From Chamaesiphon sp. (GTDB taxonomy: Bacteria; Cyanobacteriota; Cyanobacteriia; Cyanobacteriales; Chamaesiphonaceae): a stretch of DNA of 64,000 nt. Positions 39,040 through 49,528 of the stretch are shown one piece after another. The stretch lies in assembly GCA_965246715.1 (NCBI GenBank), contig CBDFFH010000041.1, positions 1 through 64,000 on the forward strand. The letters run 5' to 3'. The first letter of the stretch is position 1. Each line of letters starts with the position of its first letter. The notes beneath the pieces were generated by a model. The model did not search any database. It was not told where the DNA came from and saw nothing but the letters and a program-made list of their open reading frames with translations. The position numbers and the translations under genes were made by a program.

Positions 39040-39795
39040 ATGATAGAGCATAACTTGAAAAAACATTTAATTTCCGAACATTCTCAACCAAAACAGATCC
39101 TTGCTGATTTTAAAGTAGGTGTAGATAATGCGATCTTTTCGATCGATACCCACCAAAATCGGCTGCTAGTTTTACTAGTCATGCGTCATGACGAACCATA
39201 CATCGGGTATTGGTCTTTACCTGGTACTTTAGTCAGGCAGGGAGAAACATTAGAAGTCGCTGCCGATCGCATTTTAGCAGAGAAAATTCGGGTCGATAAT
39301 TTATATCTCGAACAACTTTACACCTTTGGCGGCCCAGGACGCGATCCGCGCGAAGCTGCCGATCGCTATGATGTGCGCTATCTCTCTGTCAGTTATTTTG
39401 CTTTAGTCAGGTATGAAGCTGCCGAGTTGATTGCTACAGGTGTGGGGGGAATTGCTTGGTATCCGATCGATAAATTACCGGATCTTGCTTTCGATCATCG
39501 TCAAATTATCGAATACGGACACCAACGCCTCCGGAATAAATTAGAGTACAGTCCGATCGCCTTTGATGTGCTGCCGGAACTATTTACTCTCAGCGATCTT
39601 TATCAACTATATACAACCGTTCTCGGCGAAAATTTCTCGGATTATTCTAATTTTCGCAATCGGTTGATTAAGTTAAAATTTCTGGAGGAGACAGACATGA
39701 AAGCTTCTCGCGGCAGCGGTAGACCTGCTAGCTTATATCGCTTCGATCCGGTGGCATTTGCACCATTGAAGGACAAGCCATTATTATTTGTGTGA
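39040..39795 (+). CDS. nrtR: NrtR Nudix-related transcriptional regulator
   Basis: Nudix fold (VGVDNAIF, WSLPG, LEQLYTFG..RDPR, LAFDH) plus C-terminal wHTH (FTLSDLYQLY, NFRNRL, GRPASLY), inside an NAD operon. Confidence 0.9.
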   Translation: MIEHNLKKHLISEHSQPKQILADFKVGVDNAIFSIDTHQNRLLVLLVMRHDEPYIGYWSLPGTLVRQGETLEVAADRILAEKIRVDNLYLEQLYTFGGPGRDPREAADRYDVRYLSVSYFALVRYEAAELIATGVGGIAWYPIDKLPDLAFDHRQIIEYGHQRLRNKLEYSPIAFDVLPELFTLSDLYQLYTTVLGENFSDYSNFRNRLIKLKFLEETDMKASRGSGRPASLYRFDPVAFAPLKDKPLLFV

Positions 39796-39889
39796 AATTA
39801 GTCAATGCTTGTTGGATCTTGAAAACTAAAATTCACATTGACATTTTTATCAACACATAGATTCATACTTATTAAATAAAACTTAAAGC

Positions 39890-40345
39890 ATGGAAAGTAT
39901 TCTAATAATTGAAGATATAGATGGCATAGTGATTAAAAATCCTGATGCTATTAATATGGACAGATTGAGAGAGATTATCTTTAATACATCAGACTCATCT
40001 TGGAGTCAAAGCAATGGTGGAATAGTTATTACTCATTATTATAGTTCGTGTAAATATTATACATTAATGATATTTTCTAACAATGATTACGGTATTTATC
40101 TGAGATATAATAGATATGACAGGGAAAACGAAGAATTAGGAATAGAATATCTGTCTTTAGGCGACGTGTCAAATCTAGGAGAAGAAGTCACAGAATATAG
40201 CTTTGAATTGTATGCGTCAATTGGTTTTTTCATTAGCTCAGACAGTGCTTGGAAAGCAATAAACCATTTTTGCTTAACTGGCGACAAAACCAAAGAGATA
40301 GAATGGATTAATTGTGATGAAGTACCTGATGCATGTAATTATTGA
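39890..40345 (+). CDS. Imm1-like immunity protein
   Basis: C-terminal FIS...AWKAINHFCLTGDK..EIEW pattern; AT-rich and without CGATCG sites. Confidence 0.6.
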   Translation: MESILIIEDIDGIVIKNPDAINMDRLREIIFNTSDSSWSQSNGGIVITHYYSSCKYYTLMIFSNNDYGIYLRYNRYDRENEELGIEYLSLGDVSNLGEEVTEYSFELYASIGFFISSDSAWKAINHFCLTGDKTKEIEWINCDEVPDACNY

Positions 40346-40396
40346 TTTTCACGTATTAATAATAAATAGCAATCTAAAATAATTTATGTAATAACA

Positions 40397-42052
40397 ATGA
40401 AAATAGCTCTAGCTCAACTCAACCCTACCATCGGCGATCTCCAAAATAACGCCACACAAATTTTCAAAACCGCCCAAGAAGTCGCAACTCAAGGAGTAAA
40501 ACTCCTCCTCACCCCCGAACTTTCGCTCTGTGGCTATCCACCCCGCGACTTATTGCTCGATGCTAATTTCATCGCCGAAATGGGACAAACCCTCGACAAA
40601 TTAGCACAAGATTTACCACCAGAGTTACACGTCCTCATCGGACTAGCAACCCCCAATCCCCAATTTGCGATCGCAGGTGGCAAACCATTATTTAATAGTA
40701 TCGCGCTGGTAACTGCTGGAAAAGTTCAGAATATCTTCCACAAGCGGCTATTGCCCACTTATGATGTGTTTGACGAAAATCGTTATTTTATGCCTGGTAG
40801 TGAGGCAAATTACTTCGATTTAGAGGGGATTAAGATCGGGGTGACGGTGTGTGAAGATCTGTGGAATGACGAAGAATTTTGGGGAAGACTCAGTTATGCG
40901 ATCGATCCACTTGCCGAGCTGGCATTATTAAATGTCGATCTGTCGATCAATCTTTCAGCTTCACCATTTTGTCTGAATAAACAGCAATTGCGATCGGACA
41001 TGCTCAAACATGCAGCGGTTAAATACGATCGACCGATTTTATATGTCAATCAAATTGGAGCTAATGACGATCTAATTTTTGATGGTACGAGTTTGGGATT
41101 CGATCGACAAGGCAAATTAATCTGTCGGGGTAAAGCATTCGATCTTGACTTAATTATCGTCGAATTTGATAAGTCTAAACAAGATTTAAAACCTAGTACG
41201 ATCGAGCCAATACCCGACTGTGAGGATGCCGAAATTTGGCAGGCATTAGTATTAGGTGTGCGCGACTACATTCATAAATGTGGTTTTCAAAAAGTTGTAT
41301 TGGGTTTGAGCGGTGGGATCGATTCGGCTCTGGTGGCGGCGATTGCTGCGGAGGCGATCGGATCGGAGCGAGTTTTGGGTGTATTATTACCTTCGCTCTA
41401 TAGTTCGGAGCATTCTGTCTCAGATGCGATCGCGGTAGCTGCTAATTTAGGAATTAAGACCGAAACTATTCCAATCAGCGAATTAATGCAGGGATTCGAT
41501 CGGACATTGGAGCCATTATTTAAAGGTACTGAATTTGGATTGGCTGAGGAAAATATTCAATCGCGGATTCGCGGAAACTTGTTGATGGCAATCTCAAATA
41601 AATTTGGTCATTTACTATTATCGACTGGCAACAAATCCGAGATGGCAGTGGGTTATTGTACGTTGTATGGTGATATGAATGGTGGTTTGGGTGTCATCGC
41701 TGATGTACCAAAGATGCGCGTATTTTCACTATGCAAATGGTTGAATCGTAATCGAGAAGTTATCCCGCAGAACATCATCACCAAGCCACCCAGCGCCGAA
41801 CTCAAACCCGGACAAGTAGACCAAGATTCGTTACCACCTTATGAAATCTTGGATGCGATTTTAGCAGCGATCGTCTGCGAACATCTATCTCCCGAACAGA
41901 TTGTAGCTAAAGGATTCGATCGGCACACAGTCGATCGAATTTCACTCCTAGTCAAACGCGCCGAATTCAAACGCCGTCAGGCTCCTCCTGGATTGAAAAT
42001 TACCGATCGCGCCTTCGGTACTGGCTGGCGAATGCCGATCGCGAGAGGGTAG
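40397..42052 (+). CDS. nadE: Glutamine-dependent NAD+ synthetase
   Basis: Nitrilase domain (PEL, KRLLP, VCEDLW) plus GLSGGIDS, ENIQSRIRG, TGNKSE, PSAEL, EFKRRQ. Confidence 0.97.
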   Translation: MKIALAQLNPTIGDLQNNATQIFKTAQEVATQGVKLLLTPELSLCGYPPRDLLLDANFIAEMGQTLDKLAQDLPPELHVLIGLATPNPQFAIAGGKPLFNSIALVTAGKVQNIFHKRLLPTYDVFDENRYFMPGSEANYFDLEGIKIGVTVCEDLWNDEEFWGRLSYAIDPLAELALLNVDLSINLSASPFCLNKQQLRSDMLKHAAVKYDRPILYVNQIGANDDLIFDGTSLGFDRQGKLICRGKAFDLDLIIVEFDKSKQDLKPSTIEPIPDCEDAEIWQALVLGVRDYIHKCGFQKVVLGLSGGIDSALVAAIAAEAIGSERVLGVLLPSLYSSEHSVSDAIAVAANLGIKTETIPISELMQGFDRTLEPLFKGTEFGLAEENIQSRIRGNLLMAISNKFGHLLLSTGNKSEMAVGYCTLYGDMNGGLGVIADVPKMRVFSLCKWLNRNREVIPQNIITKPPSAELKPGQVDQDSLPPYEILDAILAAIVCEHLSPEQIVAKGFDRHTVDRISLLVKRAEFKRRQAPPGLKITDRAFGTGWRMPIARG

Positions 42053-42053
42053 G

Positions 42054-42536
42054 TTAACCCAATCTATTAATTCTGGTCTTACTGCGATTATTACCTTTAA
42101 ATATTTCATCAAGTCCAGAAACCAAGCTCTGATCAAAAAAATCTAAATTACCATCCAAAAATACATATAAACTTTCATCTTCGTCTATCATTACTTCTGA
42201 GCCATCATTCAAATAGCCTATCGGACAAAATTGCTTGCCATAAGCCTCATACAAATCTAATCGGTCGATTAAATCTATATATCCGGTAGGGTCTGCTGTA
42301 AGTATTTCATGGTAAGGTTTTCCGTTCTGGTATGGAAATCTAATCTCAAAATAGGCACAAAGCTCAAGAAAATCTCTAACTATGCTCGGAAATTCATAAC
42401 CTCCACGCACAAATTCTAGCTCTATTTCTTGAGCTTGCTGCTTAACAAGTGGTTTGATCGCACCATCTATGTTGTTTTTACGCAATATTTCTTTTGAATA
42501 TTCCGAAAATTTATTAAAAATATTGTTTTCACTCAT
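42054..42536 (-). CDS. SUKH-3-like immunity protein
   Basis: GYEFPSIVRDFL...DP...YGKQFCPIG.....VMIDED..LY...SLVSGLDEIF pattern; AT-rich. Confidence 0.6.
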   Translation of the reverse strand: MSENNIFNKFSEYSKEILRKNNIDGAIKPLVKQQAQEIELEFVRGGYEFPSIVRDFLELCAYFEIRFPYQNGKPYHEILTADPTGYIDLIDRLDLYEAYGKQFCPIGYLNDGSEVMIDEDESLYVFLDGNLDFFDQSLVSGLDEIFKGNNRSKTRINRLG

Positions 42537-42670
42537 ATTACTCCTCTGCGCTCTCTATGCCTCTGCTGTTGAAAAAAATCTACTATTACATATCCTACAA
42601 TTACTACCATAATGTTTGCCCACAATCATCAGCTCAATGACACCTAATCGATAGAATTCTTTACTCACGA

Positions 42671-42732
42671 TTATCGATCGATAAAACCATCTACGCCAGC
42701 TTTATCGATCGATAAAACCATCTACGCCAGCT
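42671..42732. repeat. Perfect 31-bp tandem duplication at the nucleotidyltransferase 3' end
   Basis: TTATCGATCGATAAAACCATCTACGCCAGCT at 42671-42701 and 42702-42732. Confidence 0.95.
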
Positions 42733-43583
42733 TCGATCGTTGCGCGTTGATAATCTTCGATATTAAGTCGCTCCGACCATTCGCCCAGATAAATATAATC
42801 TAAATTATCCTGCTGGGTTTTCATAATACTTAAAACATCTCGCCACTGTTTTTCTGACTGACTTTGTTTGCCCCATAATAACTTATTGAGAATAAGATCT
42901 TCTGGCGATGCAAAATAGACCTCATTACCCATCGAGATGGGAATTAATTGGCGACGAGTAAATTGACTGCGGCTAAACTCCGTATCTGATGAGAGCATCA
43001 GATCGGCACGAGAAATTGTCTCGATTTGAGTTATTTGGAAACTAGACATCCTTCGTGCTAGCACATCGTCTAGTCCCGACACATAAAAACCAGCAGTTTC
43101 AAAAATAGTTGCCAGTGCTGGTAGTCCGGCTATATCTACAGCCAGCACTAAATCTAAATCTTGAGTGGTACGACTTTCACCATAGGCAACTGCTGCCACG
43201 CCACCCGTGACATAATACTCGATCGAGTGAGTCGTCAAAAGAGCGTGTAATTCACTTGCCAATTGAATCGAATCTTGAATCCATGTCATCTCATTACCAG
43301 CGGGAATGTAATCTGGGGGACAGTATTCTTGCAGCCAAGAATGGGCTAATTTATGTCCTAATTCCTTGGTGCTAAGATGGGGAAATCGCTGACGGTGGGC
43401 ATTGAGCGATAATTGTCTGGCACTACGCATTAACGAGCTGGATTGCATCAAACGCTGGGTAGGAGTCCTCCGTCGCAATAAGGTAAATAGCAGCAGATCG
43501 GACTCGATCGAGCAATCGGAACTTTGGGGACGATATCCGCTAGGTGCGACAGGTAGCATAATTGGTTCCACAAACTTAGTCAA
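42702..43583 (-). CDS. Helical N-terminal domain fused to an AbiEii/DUF6036-like nucleotidyltransferase
   Basis: YYVTGGVAAVAYGESRTTQDLDL (GG...DxD), SPEDLILNKL, SEKQWRDV; internal Met (MTWIQDS) after a ~98-aa helical domain. Confidence 0.75.
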   Translation of the reverse strand: MTKFVEPIMLPVAPSGYRPQSSDCSIESDLLLFTLLRRRTPTQRLMQSSSLMRSARQLSLNAHRQRFPHLSTKELGHKLAHSWLQEYCPPDYIPAGNEMTWIQDSIQLASELHALLTTHSIEYYVTGGVAAVAYGESRTTQDLDLVLAVDIAGLPALATIFETAGFYVSGLDDVLARRMSSFQITQIETISRADLMLSSDTEFSRSQFTRRQLIPISMGNEVYFASPEDLILNKLLWGKQSQSEKQWRDVLSIMKTQQDNLDYIYLGEWSERLNIEDYQRATIEAGVDGFIDR

Positions 43584-43808
43584 ACAGTTGTAGGACGTAT
43601 ATATTGTTGCATTCTCTCAGCCGCTTGTACGATCGACCGCTGCTGAAATGCAGAAGAAACGACCACCTAGAAAGAGAAATAGATCGCCCAATTCATCTGC
43701 CAAGAGATATATATCGATCGGATCTCACTGCTAAACCAGACAGTTTATGATTAAGTTCTATTAAGGAGAGAGGATCGGATTATCCTGCTTTCCACTGTTT
43801 CCCGTTCC

Positions 43809-44771
43809 CTAGCCCTTCCAAATTCTCTCTAAAATATCGGATGGTGGGATGTCGGCAATTTTACCCGTGCGAGATTTAATCGCGATCGAACGTCCGTTAT
43901 TGGGTAATAATTTCTGTGGATCGGAGGGGCCGAATAACGCGATCGTATAAGTCCCAACGGCTACGGCTAGCTGCATCGGTGCGCTATTAGTACACAGAAA
44001 TAGATTTGCCCCAGCGATTGTCGCGGCTAGTTTACCGATATCTGTCGGGTTAATGACCTTCACATCAGGGGAAATTGCCTGAATCGAGCTAATAAAGGCA
44101 TCAGCTTCCGAGCCTTCGATCAAGACTACGGGTAGTTCTGGCTTGCGGGTTTGCAAATCTTTAACGATCTGTTGCCACTGCTTCACTGGATAAATCCTAT
44201 CGATCTCAGTAGTGCGATCGAGTTGACTCGCACCACCATGAATCAAGACATAACCGCTATCCTTGATGCCCAAGCGCTCTTGTTCTGTTTCTGCCCAGTC
44301 GATATCGGCTTTGGGTACATTGATAACTAAATCGGGGCAAGCATCGGTTATGTTCAGACCTGTGACCAGATCGTGGAACATTGCTGCGGCATATTGGTTC
44401 TGATTTAACTCAACCGGATTGGAGAGAAAAAATCTCCCGGCACCTGCGGCGTAACCGATCCGAGTGGGGATGCCAGTCAGCCAGAGCAAGAAGCCAACAC
44501 CAAAGCGCCTGCCTAGAGACATGGCGACATCATATTCTTTGTCGCGGATGATGCCGAGGAGATTACCCCAGTCCGCAGGGCCGTTGGTATCTTTGAAATC
44601 AAAGGGGATAACTTTATTGACAGACTTGGAAACGCGGTATGCCGCAGTCGATCGAGGTTCGACGACTACATCAATCTCCGCCTCTGGGTAATGCCCGCTG
44701 AGGTTATCTAATGTGGGGAAGAAGAGGATTTGGTCGCCAATTCCACCAGGGACAAGAGCCAGGATACGCAT
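43809..44771 (-). CDS. Glycosyltransferase family 9 (heptosyltransferase-like)
   Basis: GGIGDQILFFPTL, IPTRIGY, LIHGG, SAPMQLAVAV, ALFGP. Confidence 0.9.
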   Translation of the reverse strand: MRILALVPGGIGDQILFFPTLDNLSGHYPEAEIDVVVEPRSTAAYRVSKSVNKVIPFDFKDTNGPADWGNLLGIIRDKEYDVAMSLGRRFGVGFLLWLTGIPTRIGYAAGAGRFFLSNPVELNQNQYAAAMFHDLVTGLNITDACPDLVINVPKADIDWAETEQERLGIKDSGYVLIHGGASQLDRTTEIDRIYPVKQWQQIVKDLQTRKPELPVVLIEGSEADAFISSIQAISPDVKVINPTDIGKLAATIAGANLFLCTNSAPMQLAVAVGTYTIALFGPSDPQKLLPNNGRSIAIKSRTGKIADIPPSDILERIWKG

Positions 44772-44982
44772 TTGTACTCAAGTTACTGCTGTTTATAACT
44801 AATTTTAGCAGGTGATGAGTGGTTAGGCGATCGCCTTATATCGATCGGGGGCTAGTTAGCACTCAGTCGGACAAATCAGACATACTTGAGTAAAGGTTTC
44901 TAGTATTATTACAATCTAAGGACAAATTCTGGGAATCATGACTCGATAACGCTCTAATGAATTTAGATCCATTTGCTCTGCC

Positions 44983-45969
44983 ATGAAAGCAACCCTTTTG
45001 ACGATTTTTTTACTTGCTGCTGGTGGCGCGATCGTCTTGATACTTCCTCAGTCTCAGCCCGATCTTGCCACCACTTCCACCATTTCCAAACTTCAGAAGG
45101 CGGAAACTTATATCGATAGTGGTGTTGCGAAAAATGGCTCCGGCGACAAACAGGGTGCCATCTCGGACTTCGATCGCGCTGCAAGTATCGATCCTAATAA
45201 TGCCAGTATCTACACTCAGCGCGGCACTGCCAAATATCAGTCTGGAGATATTGCTGGAGCGATGTCTGACTTCGATCGCGCGATCGCAATCGACCCAAAA
45301 AATCCAATTTTTTACTATAATCGGGCAACGACGCAATCTGCACAGGGCAATAAACAGGCTGCGATTACCGATTTCAATCGCGCGATCGAGTTAAGTCCCA
45401 AATTTGCCGAAGCCTACTACAATCGCGGCACTGCCAAATATCAAATTGGTGATAAACAGGGCGCAATTACCGATTACGATCGGGCAATTGTCTTAAATTC
45501 TAAGTTGCCAGAAGTTAACTACAATCGGGGCACTGCTAAAGCTGAAGCTGGCGATTATAAGGGAGGAATTACTGATTTCGATCGGGCGATCTCGCTCGAC
45601 CCTAAATTAGCGAAAGTCTACTACAATCGGGGTAATGCAAAATACAAGTTAGGCGATAAACAGGGCGCAATATCTGATTACGATCGCGCGGTCGAACTAA
45701 AGTCTGACTATTATGAAGCTTATCGTATCCGAGGTTTCTTAAAGTACAGCTTGGGAAATAAACAGGCAGCCCTTGCCGATTATGATTTGGCGATCGCCTT
45801 GAATATCAATTCACCGGAAACTTACTACAATCGTGGTGTGACTAAATCCGAACTCGGTGATAAGCAAGGCGCTGTTACTGATTTAACTCAAGCCGCAGCA
45901 TTATTTAAAAAGCAAGGTCAGCTCGAACTAGCCGATCGGACATTAGCAATTGTCAGACAGAAGCTCTAA
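44983..45969 (+). CDS. Exported/membrane-anchored TPR protein
   Basis: N-terminal hydrophobic segment followed by ~8 TPRs (YYNRG.AK...GDKQGAI.DYDRAI). Confidence 0.92.
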   Translation: MKATLLTIFLLAAGGAIVLILPQSQPDLATTSTISKLQKAETYIDSGVAKNGSGDKQGAISDFDRAASIDPNNASIYTQRGTAKYQSGDIAGAMSDFDRAIAIDPKNPIFYYNRATTQSAQGNKQAAITDFNRAIELSPKFAEAYYNRGTAKYQIGDKQGAITDYDRAIVLNSKLPEVNYNRGTAKAEAGDYKGGITDFDRAISLDPKLAKVYYNRGNAKYKLGDKQGAISDYDRAVELKSDYYEAYRIRGFLKYSLGNKQAALADYDLAIALNINSPETYYNRGVTKSELGDKQGAVTDLTQAAALFKKQGQLELADRTLAIVRQKL

Positions 45970-45998
45970 AAGTTCTGTCTGCATGCTAACAATATTTT

Positions 45999-48017
45999 CT
46001 AAATGTTGCCGACTAATTTACTGCGTAGCTGCTTGATGCGATCGCGCAAGCTCGCCGCTTTTTCAAACTCTAACTCTTTAGCTGCAACTTTCATTTCTGC
46101 TTCTAATTGCACGATCGCATCTGGTATTTGTTCGAGCGATAATTCATCCACATGGGTGATAACTGTTTCGAGTTGTTGAGCGTTCAATCGTCGCGAGAGG
46201 TCGAGAAATTGGAGGATGGAGTTGCCACCTGTTTTGACGATCGATTGGGGCGTAATATTATTTAATTTATTATGCGCCATCTGAATCCCCCGCCGACGTT
46301 CGGTTTCATCGATTGCGGCAATCATACTATCTGTCAATTTATCGGCATATAAAATTGCCTGTCCGCGAATGTGCCGTGCAGCTCTGCCGATTGTCTGAAT
46401 TAACGATCGGGTCGAACGCAAGAAACCTTCTTTATCAGCATCGAGAATGGCGACCAAAGATACCTCCGGTAAATCTAATCCTTCCCGCAATAAGTTAACA
46501 CCGATCAAGACATCAAATTCTCCATTTCGGAGTGCTTGAATGATTTCGATCCGCTCGATCGATTGGATTTCGGAATGAAGATACTTTACCCGCACGCTGC
46601 GTTCGTGAAAATATTCTGTAAGATCTTCAGCCATCCGCTTAGTTAGCGTCGTAATCAACACCCGTTCTTCCCGCTTGACACGATCGCGAATTTCCCCTAA
46701 TAAATCGTCTACTTGTCCTTCAGTCGGACGCACAAAAATTTCCGGATCGATTACTCCCGTCGGCCGAATGACTTGCTGCGCGATTCGATCCTCAGACACC
46801 TCGATTTCCCAGGCTCCAGGAGTTGCCGAAACAAAAATACATTGATTGACCTTCTCCCAAAATTCATCGGCCTTTAATGGGCGATTATCTGCCGCACTGG
46901 GCAAGCGAAAACCATGATCGATCAAGACTGTTTTGCGCGCGCGATCGCCATTATACATCCCCCGAATTTGCGGTACGGTAACATGAGATTCATCAACTAC
47001 CAACAACCAATCATCGGGAAAATAATCGACCAAACATTCTGGTGGATCGCCAGCATTTCGTCTGGCTAAATGACGCGAATAATTTTCCACCCCGTTACAA
47101 AAGCCAACCTCGCGCAACATTTCGAGATCGTATCGCGTCCGTTGATCGATTCGCTGTGCTTCGATTAATTTACCGTTATTTTCCAATTCGGCAATTCGTT
47201 GTTTTAGTTCGAGGTCGATATCATTACAGGCATCGGTTAAGGTTTCTTCAGGTGTCACAAAGTGTCGCGCTGGATAGATATTTAATTTATTGACATCTTG
47301 CAAAATTTCACCCGTTACCGGATCGACAAACTTAATCGATTCGATTTCATCACCAAAAAAATCGACGCGCACGATCCGATCCTCATAAGCCGGGCCGATT
47401 TCTACCACATCTCCCCGCACCCGGAAATTACCGCGTTTGAGATCGATATCATTGCGGCTATATTGAATCGAAACTAATTGCCGTAACATTTCTCGCTGGT
47501 CGATCGACATCCCAACTTTGAGCGGAATTGCTGCTTTGAGATATTCGGCCGGCGTTCCCAATCCATAGATACAACTAATCGACGCGACCACAATTACATC
47601 GCGATGCTCGAATAACGATCGGGTTGCTGAATGTCGCAACATATCGATCTCTTCATTAATTGCTGATGCTTTTTCGATGAATGTATCGCTGACAGCAATA
47701 TAAGCTTCTGGCTGATAATAGTCGTAGTAAGAGACGAAATATTCAACCGCGTTATGGGGGAAAAACTGCCGCAATTCGTTACACAATTGCGCGGCCAATG
47801 TTTTATTATGTGCTAATACTAGTGTCGGCTTTTGATGTTGGGCGATCGTTGCGGCGATCGTAAAAGTTTTACCCGTTCCCGTCGCACCCAGTAATGTTTG
47901 AAAGTGCTGCTGAGACTTTAATCCAGTTACGAGTTGGGCGATCGCTCCTGGTTGATCTCCGGTTGGTTTAAACGGTGCTACCAGTTCAAATTGTCGATCC
48001 ATAGACAGGTTACTCAT
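45999..48017 (-). CDS. uvrB: Excinuclease ABC subunit B
   Basis: [53 protein letters not shown]-terminal UVR domain. Confidence 0.98.
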   Translation of the reverse strand: MSNLSMDRQFELVAPFKPTGDQPGAIAQLVTGLKSQQHFQTLLGATGTGKTFTIAATIAQHQKPTLVLAHNKTLAAQLCNELRQFFPHNAVEYFVSYYDYYQPEAYIAVSDTFIEKASAINEEIDMLRHSATRSLFEHRDVIVVASISCIYGLGTPAEYLKAAIPLKVGMSIDQREMLRQLVSIQYSRNDIDLKRGNFRVRGDVVEIGPAYEDRIVRVDFFGDEIESIKFVDPVTGEILQDVNKLNIYPARHFVTPEETLTDACNDIDLELKQRIAELENNGKLIEAQRIDQRTRYDLEMLREVGFCNGVENYSRHLARRNAGDPPECLVDYFPDDWLLVVDESHVTVPQIRGMYNGDRARKTVLIDHGFRLPSAADNRPLKADEFWEKVNQCIFVSATPGAWEIEVSEDRIAQQVIRPTGVIDPEIFVRPTEGQVDDLLGEIRDRVKREERVLITTLTKRMAEDLTEYFHERSVRVKYLHSEIQSIERIEIIQALRNGEFDVLIGVNLLREGLDLPEVSLVAILDADKEGFLRSTRSLIQTIGRAARHIRGQAILYADKLTDSMIAAIDETERRRGIQMAHNKLNNITPQSIVKTGGNSILQFLDLSRRLNAQQLETVITHVDELSLEQIPDAIVQLEAEMKVAAKELEFEKAASLRDRIKQLRSKLVGNI

Positions 48018-48086
48018 ACAGAAGGTTTATTGTAACGCAGTTTAATTAAGAGATGGTCTAAATTTAGAGTTTCAAATCGAGCTAAT

Positions 48087-49040
48087 TTAACGATAAGTCT
48101 CGCCGATTTTTAGGAGAGTACATTCCCACACTAGGCGGGGTTGCACATAGGCGAGTAATTGCGATCGAGTTTGCTCTAACCGCTCGACGATGTGGGGGAC
48201 ACGGTACTGTTGCCAATAGGTATATTGCAGAAAATCTACCAACCATAATTGCTCGGCACCATCCAACTGTTTATCGATTTCGATTGCCAGTTCCAATGCT
48301 TGACGGCGGGTGAGGGGTAATTTCGTCAATCGATCGAGTAAATCTGCTGGCAGAGATTGCAACTGCTCCCACAGCGCGATTGCTGCGCCAGGACTACCTT
48401 GAGCTAGTCCTAACAGTTCTGGACGATCGAGAATTTCCGCTTTTCCCAGCTTGGTTAAGATCTCCACCATTAAGTTCCGATCGAGTCGCTCGAAGGCAAT
48501 ACACTGACAGCGGGACACGATCGTTGGCAGCAGCGACTCTAGGCTCGAGGCGATCGCGATAATCGTTGCTTGTCCTGGCTCTTCTAGCGTCTTTAAGATG
48601 GCATTTGCTGCGCCTTCTGCCATCGTCTCCGCCTGTTCGATAATCACAATCGATCGCGAGCCGATTAGCGGCGGACGCGATAAAAATTGACCGATTTCAC
48701 GGATCTGTTCGATCCGAATTTGCGGTGGTGCTTTGCGCTTGATTCCCGCTGCGGTAGCTTCGGCAGTTGAGAGGAGTTTACCTTGATGACTATATGTGGG
48801 TGCCACCCACAATACATCGGGATGATTGCCCTGACGCAACTTTTGCGCTACTAAGGCGCGATCGCTCGCGAGGATGCCATCACAGAACAATAGCTCAATA
48901 AAGCACCTTGCCGCCAAACTTTTGCCCACGCCCTCCGCACCACAAAATAGATAAGCAGGTGCGAGCCGTTGTTGGCTGACTGCTTGAGTCAACAGTTCTA
49001 CGGCTTGTGTTTGTCCGAGTACAGGGCTAAATTGAGTCAA
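48087..49040 (-). CDS. holB: DNA polymerase III subunit delta'
   Basis: AYLFCGAEGVGKS, NHPDV, IRIEQIR, AANAILKTLEEP, LLPTIVSRC. Confidence 0.95.
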   Translation of the reverse strand: MTQFSPVLGQTQAVELLTQAVSQQRLAPAYLFCGAEGVGKSLAARCFIELLFCDGILASDRALVAQKLRQGNHPDVLWVAPTYSHQGKLLSTAEATAAGIKRKAPPQIRIEQIREIGQFLSRPPLIGSRSIVIIEQAETMAEGAANAILKTLEEPGQATIIAIASSLESLLPTIVSRCQCIAFERLDRNLMVEILTKLGKAEILDRPELLGLAQGSPGAAIALWEQLQSLPADLLDRLTKLPLTRRQALELAIEIDKQLDGAEQLWLVDFLQYTYWQQYRVPHIVERLEQTRSQLLAYVQPRLVWECTLLKIGETYR

Positions 49041-49528
49041 TTTTGGATCGTGGATTGTCTTTAAAGATGAAGTTTAGTCTAGTAAGGCGATCGATTTGCC
49101 GGAGCAGCGAGAGTTTGTGGTGTAGATTTCCGAAGGGCTGGCGATCCATCTGGGACAATTGTACCACTAAATCGATCGGGCAAAATAGGACAGGATGATG
49201 ACAAATTCCTCTGATGGAGTAGCTTATCCTAGCAAAATCAAAGTAACGGGCATTGCTGAATCGGGATAGGATTTTCTTGTAGGGGTGCATTTCATACCTG
49301 AATTCAGCAACGCCCGGTAACGCTCGAATTATCAGCGATCGACATCTACCAATCTTTGAAAAATCAACTAACCAGCAGCTACTCTCGGAATGCTTTGTGG
49401 GTACACTATGTTGGGTAAGTAGAATCGAGCAAAATCGTAACCAGATCTCTATCCTGCTCCGAGAGGCTGCGTCACAGAGCAACACAACACCTGCACGAAC
49501 AAATCGACGATCGTTCACATGAGTTACT

